Sequence record: PZ452614.1
Reading direction: 5' to 3' (one strand)
Length of the DNA stretch: 39,092 nt
Source of the DNA: a phage
Shown here: positions 32,873 through 39,092 of the stretch, in pieces
Numbering within the stretch: position 1 is the stretch's first letter
Layout of the letters: each line of letters begins with the position of its first letter
Program-made: the position numbers and the translations under genes
Notes under the pieces: model-generated
Database searches by the model: none
What the model saw: only the letters and a program-made list of their open reading frames with translations
Told to the model about the DNA's origin: nothing

Positions 32873-35500
32873 ATGACGGTCTCAACCGAAGTTAACCACA
32901 ACGAATACACCGGTAACGGTGTTACGACATCATTTCCGTATACCTTTAGGGTTTTCAAGGAATCTGATCTGGTAGTACAGGTTGTTGACCTGAACGATAA
33001 CATCACTGTTCTGACGCTGGATACTGACTACACAGTAACCGGCGCAGGGGGATATGAAGGTGGTAATGTAATACTTGCAACAGCTCTGGCTAATGGTTAC
33101 CAGATTTCCATATCACGTGAACTGTCGGTTACGCAGGAAACAGATCTCCGTAACCAGGGGAAGTTCTTTGCTGAGGTGCATGAGGATGCGTTTGATAAGC
33201 TGACAATGTTGATTCAGCAGGTTCGTAGTTGGTTTAGTCTGGCGCTACGTAAGCCGTCATTTGTTGCTAACTATTACGACGCAATGGACAACTATATTCG
33301 TAACCTTCGTGACCCTGTAAGACCGCAGGATGCGGCTACAAAAAAATATGTTGATGGGGTCGCAGAAACAAACCTGAGCAGAACGCTACGAACCCCTGAG
33401 CCGATACCAGCATTGCCGGGAATTGAGCAACGTAAGAATAAGATTGTTGCAATGGATGATACTGGAAATCCGATAATGGTTTTGCCTGAATCTGGTTCGG
33501 CTACTGATGTAATGATCCAGTTAGCGGCAAATGATGGATTTAAGTTTATTGGTCAGTGCCCTGATATATTGACACTAAGAACAATAGAACCTGAAAAAAA
33601 TGGTCAAAGGATCACGTTGCGACAGCATACGATCGGAACTGGGCTTGGTGGAGGGGTATTCAGAGCTGTACTTGATGGAACTGGCTATACCGATGATGAT
33701 GGTGTTGTAATAAAAACAGCAGGTGGTTCTGTATGGTTACGGGTTAATGCAGATAAGGTTAATCCGTTTATGTTTGGGGCCACTGGCGTGGCTGATGATA
33801 CAGCAGCACTGCAAAAGATGCTTGAATGTGGCAGGGCGGCTGAGCTTGGCACAAATGTCTGGAAAGCATCTAATCTTGAGCTAAATAACAAGTCGTGTTC
33901 ACTATCTGGGTCTGGTCTACACGTTTCCAGGATAGAGCAAATATCTGGGGCAACAGGCGCGTTACTGACAATTACTCAGGATTGCAGCCTGATTTATTTG
34001 TCCGATTGTGGCCTGTATGGGGATGGAATAACTGCGGGAACAAGCGGGGTAACGATGGAGACAGGAAACCCAGGTGGGGCACCAAGCTATCCATTCAATA
34101 CCGCCCCTGACGTTCGTAGGGATCTTTACATTAGCAATGTTCACATTACAGGATTTGACGAGTTAGGATTTGATTATCCTGAAACGAATTTTTCCGTCTC
34201 AACGCATGGATTATTCATAAGAAACATTAAAAAAACCGGGGCTAAGATCGGAACTACCGATTTTACATGGACAAACCTTCAAATTGATACGTGTGGGCAG
34301 GAATGCTTAGTGCTTGATGGTGCTGGTAATTGCAGAATTATAGGTGCCAAATTAATTTGGGCTGGTTCAGAAAATGAAACACCATATTCAGGATTACGTA
34401 TTTCTAATTCACAAAATGTAAACATGACAGGAGTTGAGTTACAGGACTGTGCATACGATGGATTGTATATTAAAAATTCAACTGTTGCTATCAGTGGGTT
34501 GAATACTAACAGAAATAGTGCATCATCAAATCTGTCATACCATAATATGGTTTTTGAAAACAGTATAGTAACTGTAGATGGTTATGTTTGCCGTAACTAT
34601 GCTGCTACATCGCTATATGATCTAAATTCACAAGCCGGAAATGTGAGGTGTATTGGTTCCGATAGTACCGTATTGATAAATGGTATTTACGAGTCAGAAG
34701 TAAACAGCGAACGACTCATGGGTGACAATAATCTTATTCAGCCATATTCTGGTGATTTAATAATAAATGGCCTAAAAAACTATTATACATATACAGGAAG
34801 CGTAAAAAACAATATTCCTACATTTGACGGAGTCGTTACAACCGCAACATATGTAAGCGCTCCTTCGATACTAGGGCAAGGAAACATGCTTAAGTTAACG
34901 CAATCAAACAAGGATAAGTTATTATTTTCTGATAAAGTATCGAGACATGGGTGTACAATCGGCCTTGTTCTAATCCCGTCATTTACGGGTGCAACAACTA
35001 TGACAGCTTTCACTCTGGGGAGTGGATATTCGCCCTCTGGAAACTCTGCTGTTATGCAATTTATAGTTAACTCCAGTGGTGTGCAGACTATAGCAATATT
35101 ATTATCCGGTGATGGTATAACTCAAACGTTAACAAGCGATCTGACAACGGAGCAAGCGTTAGCTTCAGGAGGCGTATATCATTTTGCGATGGGATTCGCT
35201 CCAGGCCGATTATGGTGGTCTATTATTGATATAAATACCGGAAGGCGTATACGACGGGCGTACAGACAACCAGATCTTCACGCCGCATTTAATAGCATAT
35301 TCAACAGCGGAACATCTTCTATCACCGCATTTTCAGGACCATTAGCAGGTGATATTGCATGTGAAGGGGCAGGTTCGCATGTTTATGTTGGCGGTTTCTC
35401 ATCTGAGTCAGACTACGCAGCGAGCAGAATGTACGGATTATTTACCCCAGTAGACCTGGATAAACAATACTCATTCCGCACGCTGAACGGAAATATTTAA
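32873..35500 (+). CDS. Tailspike protein
   Basis: 875 aa; conserved-looking N-terminal domain, then repetitive Gly/Asn/Ser-rich beta-helix-like C-terminal part with lower GC. Confidence 0.8.
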   Translation: MTVSTEVNHNEYTGNGVTTSFPYTFRVFKESDLVVQVVDLNDNITVLTLDTDYTVTGAGGYEGGNVILATALANGYQISISRELSVTQETDLRNQGKFFAEVHEDAFDKLTMLIQQVRSWFSLALRKPSFVANYYDAMDNYIRNLRDPVRPQDAATKKYVDGVAETNLSRTLRTPEPIPALPGIEQRKNKIVAMDDTGNPIMVLPESGSATDVMIQLAANDGFKFIGQCPDILTLRTIEPEKNGQRITLRQHTIGTGLGGGVFRAVLDGTGYTDDDGVVIKTAGGSVWLRVNADKVNPFMFGATGVADDTAALQKMLECGRAAELGTNVWKASNLELNNKSCSLSGSGLHVSRIEQISGATGALLTITQDCSLIYLSDCGLYGDGITAGTSGVTMETGNPGGAPSYPFNTAPDVRRDLYISNVHITGFDELGFDYPETNFSVSTHGLFIRNIKKTGAKIGTTDFTWTNLQIDTCGQECLVLDGAGNCRIIGAKLIWAGSENETPYSGLRISNSQNVNMTGVELQDCAYDGLYIKNSTVAISGLNTNRNSASSNLSYHNMVFENSIVTVDGYVCRNYAATSLYDLNSQAGNVRCIGSDSTVLINGIYESEVNSERLMGDNNLIQPYSGDLIINGLKNYYTYTGSVKNNIPTFDGVVTTATYVSAPSILGQGNMLKLTQSNKDKLLFSDKVSRHGCTIGLVLIPSFTGATTMTAFTLGSGYSPSGNSAVMQFIVNSSGVQTIAILLSGDGITQTLTSDLTTEQALASGGVYHFAMGFAPGRLWWSIIDINTGRRIRRAYRQPDLHAAFNSIFNSGTSSITAFSGPLAGDIACEGAGSHVYVGGFSSESDYAASRMYGLFTPVDLDKQYSFRTLNGNI

Positions 35501-35507
35501 TATAGTT

Positions 35508-35532
35508 GGTTGTCATATTACACGTGACAACC
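35508..35532. terminator. Hairpin between convergent tailspike and acyltransferase genes
   Basis: 8-bp stem ggttgtca/tgacaacc, 9-nt loop, AT-rich flanks on both sides. Confidence 0.45.
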
Positions 35533-36529
35533 CAAATTTTCTTAAAAAAACTACGATGGCTAATGAAATTAAGAACACGATAAAAGAAAGAGGAATAACG
35601 ATAAACATCTCTGGATGGATCGAATATTTATCAAGCAAAAATCTCCTGAGTATGTCAATGATTAATGGATGGACAAGATAAATCCCTAGTGTGCAGGGAG
35701 AAATAAATTTCACTATGTGTAATATCGTTTTGTTTTTAACAGGGGTGTTTATCATGAACACCATAAAACATATTGCAGACATGGCAATAAACAAAGACGA
35801 GTTATCATAAAACATCTGGTTTACCGGTCCCCTGTAAACAGAAATATTCTTTGTTATAAAAGCGGTCGCAAACGTACATGCAGTCAGCATAATGGTTAAC
35901 ATTATTTTTGTTGAGTTTGTCATGTTAACTTGATTATCTAAAATTATCTTCCCTAGAAGCAAGTACACAGCAAGGCTGGAAAATATACTAACTTGAAATA
36001 GATTGTTGATATTTAAATTCAATCCAAGATATACATTTAATAAACTAAAGAATAAAAGAAGCATCCATAACCATACTAAAATTACAACATCTATTTTATT
36101 TGAGTGTAAATAGAATTTACTAAGTAATGGCATAATGATAACGAATCCAATGGCTGCATATAAGTACCACATATGATAGAATATCTGCGATCGAAAAAAT
36201 AAATTAAAAAATGATTTCACATCTATGGGGAAACTATTTACATGTGAACGATATAAGTAATATATCGCCGACCAGAAAAGTAGAATAATGAATAGCCGAT
36301 TTGCTCGTTTTAATGACGAATTCATATTTGTACTTTCTTTAATAAGCAAAGCCCCAGAAATCATAATGAATAACGGTACAGATATTCTGGTAAAAGATTC
36401 TATTATATTTAATATATCCCATCCTGATGAGCCTGTTTCATTCATACCTATAATTACAGAATGAAGAACAACCACCAAAAAGCAAGCAGCCACTCTAATC
36501 AACTCAATATTCAAATTCTTATCTTTCAT
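35513..36529 (-). CDS. Acyltransferase family 3 membrane protein (putative O-antigen acetylase, serotype conversion)
   Basis: 338 aa, multi-pass hydrophobic; N-terminal …ELIRVAACFLVVVLH… motif; markedly low GC. Confidence 0.85.
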   Translation of the reverse strand: MKDKNLNIELIRVAACFLVVVLHSVIIGMNETGSSGWDILNIIESFTRISVPLFIMISGALLIKESTNMNSSLKRANRLFIILLFWSAIYYLYRSHVNSFPIDVKSFFNLFFRSQIFYHMWYLYAAIGFVIIMPLLSKFYLHSNKIDVVILVWLWMLLLFFSLLNVYLGLNLNINNLFQVSIFSSLAVYLLLGKIILDNQVNMTNSTKIMLTIMLTACTFATAFITKNISVYRGPVNQMFYDNSSLFIAMSAICFMVFMINTPVKNKTILHIVKFISPCTLGIYLVHPLIIDILRRFLLDKYSIHPEMFIVIPLSFIVFLISLAIVVFLRKFGLSRVI

Positions 36530-36568
36530 GACCAGGTACGTTAAGCTGTATTATTTCAATAAATAATA

Positions 36569-36639
36569 TCACCTATCGGGTAATTTCGATAGGATCAATT
36601 CTAAGTTATTTTAACCATATATGGTTTATTGTGTATAAT
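36569..36639. promoter_or_regulatory. Divergent control region: operator-like site near the acyltransferase start and an extended -10 promoter for the lysis genes
   Basis: TCACC-TATCG-GGTAA 36569..36583; ATATGGTT 36621..36628; TGTGTATAAT 36630..36639. Confidence 0.5.
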
Positions 36640-36688
36640 GGACTCACCAACTAAGGGGGTTCTTTATGCACAGTAAACGGTGGTAATT

Positions 36689-37093
36689 ATGTCAGCAGGG
36701 CTAACCAGTGAGTCATTAAATCAGTGGCTTAGCATGGGGTCTCTTGCTGCAGTAATTGCAGGTGTTCCGCCAGAAGTTGCGCTTGGTGCTCTGGCTGGTG
36801 CGGTAATCTTTGTTACCTCGGCAGTTGAGTATCCAATCCGTCGCCGCGTGCTCCTGTCGTTGCTCAGCTTCCTCTGCGGCCTTCTCTTCTACAAACCCAC
36901 AGCGTCGATCCTTATCGGCTTTGCCAGCCTGATCCCTACCATCACTCAGGACTCTTTCGAGAAAGGGATCGTCTTCTCTGCTGGCGCATTCGTGTCAGCA
37001 ATAGTCGCAGTGCGCATTGGCATCTGGCTCTATCACCGTTCTGACAATCCACGCGAGTTAATTCCGGGGAGAAAAGACGATGACAACTCATGA
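36689..37093 (+). CDS. Holin (putative)
   Basis: Hydrophobic segments; ATG at 36689 after GGTGG; first gene of the lysis cassette. Confidence 0.6.
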   Translation: MSAGLTSESLNQWLSMGSLAAVIAGVPPEVALGALAGAVIFVTSAVEYPIRRRVLLSLLSFLCGLLFYKPTASILIGFASLIPTITQDSFEKGIVFSAGAFVSAIVAVRIGIWLYHRSDNPRELIPGRKDDDNS

Positions 37094-37388
37094 GCTGCTT
37101 TTGCTTATTGCTAATGCGGTTATCTGTTCATGTATAGCGATCCGCGTCGGTACGTTCCGGCGTAACGGTTCACAACATCGCAGATGGGGAGGGTGGATCG
37201 CTTACTTCCTCATTGTGGCCGCTGCCAGCATCCCGGTACGTGCCGCGTACGCTTTCTGGTACCACACGCCAATGACCGACGATCTTTCGGAGGTTGTCAT
37301 CAACGCTGTCATGCTTGCCGCCGTTCTGAAAACCCGCGGTAACGTCGTGCAGATTTTCAAAATAACGAGGTCTCAACATGGAGATTAA
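37080..37388 (+). CDS. Second holin-like membrane protein
   Basis: 102 aa with two or three hydrophobic segments; overlaps the holin stop. Confidence 0.5.
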   Translation: MTTHELLLLIANAVICSCIAIRVGTFRRNGSQHRRWGGWIAYFLIVAAASIPVRAAYAFWYHTPMTDDLSEVVINAVMLAAVLKTRGNVVQIFKITRSQHGD

Positions 37389-38007
37389 ACAATTCCAGCG
37401 AGCTGCTGGTATTAGCGAGGCGCTGGCCGCACGCTGGTTCTCGCATATAACTTCTGCGATGAAAGAGTTTGGTATCAGCAAAGCTGAAGATCAGGCAATG
37501 TTTATTGCTCAGGTCGGGCATGAGTCTGGTGGTTTCATCCGGTTGCAGGAGAATTTCAACTACAGTGTCACCGGACTGGCTAACTTCGTTCGGGCTGGGC
37601 GTCTCGCTCAGGGACAGGCCAACGCATTGGGTCGCCGCGCAGGCGAACCTCCATTGCCACTCGAGCGCCAGAGAGCGATCGCCAATCTGGTGTACAGCAA
37701 ACGCATGGGTAACAATGCTCCCGGCGATGGCTGGAATTACCGTGGGCGCGGGCTTATCCAGATTACCGGTTTGAATAACTATCGTGATTGCGGAAACGGT
37801 CTGAAGGTTGACCTGCTGGAGAGCCCTGAATTGCTGGCGCATGACGAATATGCGGCTCGTAGCGCAGCGTGGTTCTTTGCCAGCAAAGGATGCATGAAGT
37901 ATACCGGCGATATTGCACGTGTAACTCTGATTATCAATGGTGGCCGGAACGGCATCGACGACCGGCGCGCGCGGTACATCACTGCCAGTAAGGTGCTGGC
38001 GGTATGA
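37378..38007 (+). CDS. Endolysin, glycoside hydrolase family 19
   Basis: …FIAQVGHESGGF… and …NYRGRGLIQITG… GH19 motifs. Confidence 0.88.
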   Translation: MEIKQFQRAAGISEALAARWFSHITSAMKEFGISKAEDQAMFIAQVGHESGGFIRLQENFNYSVTGLANFVRAGRLAQGQANALGRRAGEPPLPLERQRAIANLVYSKRMGNNAPGDGWNYRGRGLIQITGLNNYRDCGNGLKVDLLESPELLAHDEYAARSAAWFFASKGCMKYTGDIARVTLIINGGRNGIDDRRARYITASKVLAV

Positions 38008-38486
38008 TCTGGGCATTCGCAAAAGCATACTGGAAACAGTTAATTATCGTGGTGATGCTTGCTGTTCTGGTCATATCCGGAATTGTTGCTTGGAATGTGC
38101 ACGGTAGCCGTCAGTACGACGCCGGGTATGTGCAGGCGAAGGAAGAGCGCAAAGCCGAAGATGAGAAAGTTCGTCAGCACTACGAACAGGAGAAAGCGAT
38201 CAATGAACGTGAAGCGCAGCAGAGGATCGACCAGGCGCGCAATGATGCTCTTGATGCTGCCGCTCGCGCTGGCCGGTTGCAGAAACAGCTCGTTGCCATC
38301 CGTGAGCAGCTCAGGCAGTATAACGCCATTGTCGGCGCTGGGACGTCAGCCGCAGACACCGGAGTTTTGCTTGCCGACGTGCTCAGCAAATCTCTCGAGA
38401 GAAACAGACAACTGGCAGAGTATGCTGACCGGGCAGCCGAAGCCGGAAGAGTCTGCGAAAAACAGTATGACACCCTGACAAGATAG
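38004..38486 (+). CDS. i-spanin (Rz-like)
   Basis: N-terminal membrane helix, coiled-coil periplasmic domain; follows the endolysin. Confidence 0.65.
   Translation: MIWAFAKAYWKQLIIVVMLAVLVISGIVAWNVHGSRQYDAGYVQAKEERKAEDEKVRQHYEQEKAINEREAQQRIDQARNDALDAAARAGRLQKQLVAIREQLRQYNAIVGAGTSAADTGVLLADVLSKSLERNRQLAEYADRAAEAGRVCEKQYDTLTR
38242..38478 (+). CDS. o-spanin (Rz1-like) embedded in the +1 frame of the i-spanin gene
   Basis: MMLLMLPLALAGC lipobox signal; Pro/Ser-rich mature part. Confidence 0.6.
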   Translation: MMLLMLPLALAGCRNSSLPSVSSSGSITPLSALGRQPQTPEFCLPTCSANLSRETDNWQSMLTGQPKPEESAKNSMTP

Positions 38487-38659
38487 CATGGCATTTTTCA
38501 TGGTACTGATTTCCGGTGACGGTATATAAAACGGTACTAAAAAAATGAAGTTTTGGAAAAATGTTATCACTCAATTGGTTATGGTTGCCGTAAATAATTG
38601 AGTGGGAATGATTAACAGCTAACTCATAGCAACTCATTCCTATTCAGATACTAATTTAA

Positions 38660-38690
38660 CCCTCTGTTTTTACAGAGGGTTTTTGTTTTT
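38660..38690 (+). terminator. Rho-independent terminator after the lysis cassette
   Basis: Stem ccctctg/cagaggg with loop ttttta, then TTTTTGTTTTT. Confidence 0.7.
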
Positions 38691-38746
38691 ATGTATTCAT
38701 TTCTATTCACTCTACACCATATTTTTCGGCGGTACAGGTGACGGTA

Positions 38747-38761
38747 TTACCTTAAAGGTAT
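38747..38761. promoter_or_regulatory. Operator-like site upstream of the integrase gene
   Basis: TTACC-TTAAA-GGTAT (one mismatch), 43 bp before the integrase start. Confidence 0.4.
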
Positions 38762-38803
38762 ACTCTCATACCGTCATGAAAATGGTTTTTATACGGGTGA
38801 ATT

Positions 38804-39092
38804 GTGCTTACCGATACAAAATTAAAAAACCTCAAGCCACAGGACAAACTGTACAAAGTTTCCGATCGTGACGGGCTGTATGTAGCTGTGCTTACGTCAG
38901 GTACGGTCTCGTTTCGCTATGACTACCGTATCAACGGTCGCCGCGAAACACTGGTAATCGGGCAGTATGGGCGTGACGGTATCAGCCTGGCAGAAGCGCG
39001 AGAAGAACTGATTGCTGCAAAGAAGCTGCTTAAAGCAGGCCAGTCACCGGCTGCGGCTAAACGTGACGGTATCAAAAAGATTCGTGGTGCCG
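38804..39092 (+). CDS. int: Tyrosine integrase, N-terminal part (runs off the window end; continues at 1..962)
   Basis: GTG start; …LTDTKLKNLKPQDKLYKVSDRDGLYVAV… matches the P4/IntA-family N-terminus; 96 codons plus 1 nt, which completes a codon with positions 1-2. Confidence 0.85.
   Translation, partial: MLTDTKLKNLKPQDKLYKVSDRDGLYVAVLTSGTVSFRYDYRINGRRETLVIGQYGRDGISLAEAREELIAAKKLLKAGQSPAAAKRDGIKKIRGA

Noticed and set aside
36666-36686. 6-codon mini-ORF (MHSKRW) with a strong Shine-Dalgarno just upstream of the holin start
   Set aside because: Too short to call; it may be a translational-coupling leader, but there is no supporting evidence from sequence alone.
38683-38871. 62-aa plus-strand ORF upstream of int
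   Set aside because: It starts inside the lysis-cassette terminator T-run, has no ribosome-binding site, and overlaps the better-supported integrase start.

Overview
This 39,092-bp window reads as a complete, circularly permuted temperate phage genome with no recognisable host flanks. The last ORF (38804..39092, N-terminus of a P4-type tyrosine integrase) runs off the window end and resumes in the same reading frame at the window start (1..962, integrase C-terminus). Order of modules: integrase; a leftward early/accessory operon (MT-A70 methyltransferase, AlpA-like excisionase, RecE-like exonuclease fusion); a CI-like repressor / Cro-like switch with TTACC-N5-GGTAA operators; a lambda O/P-like replication module with origin iterons inside the O-like gene; a nin-like run of small ORFs; terminase small and large subunits; a minus-strand moron next to a phage tRNA-Arg(UCU); portal, scaffold, capsid, tail and large ejection proteins (podovirus-like); a LexA-box-controlled antirepressor module; tailspike; a low-GC O-antigen acyltransferase; and a holin / GH19 endolysin / Rz-Rz1 lysis cassette. 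Size and gene content resemble epsilon15/phiV10-like enterobacterial podophages, but this is recollection, not a search result. All protein calls rest on remembered family motifs and all sites on manual reading; nothing was searched or folded. The most interesting signals are: (1) a 10-bp palindromic motif TTACC-N5-GGTAA at 13 or more intergenic sites genome-wide, (2) an SOS (LexA) box in front of a small-gene / structured-spacer / Bro-N antirepressor operon, paired with a repressor that has no autocleavage domain, (3) a 41-bp perfect palindrome and terminator inside that operon's spacer, (4) a terminator-bracketed minus-strand moron between terminase and portal, and (5) a tandem pair of small basic paralogous ORFs.
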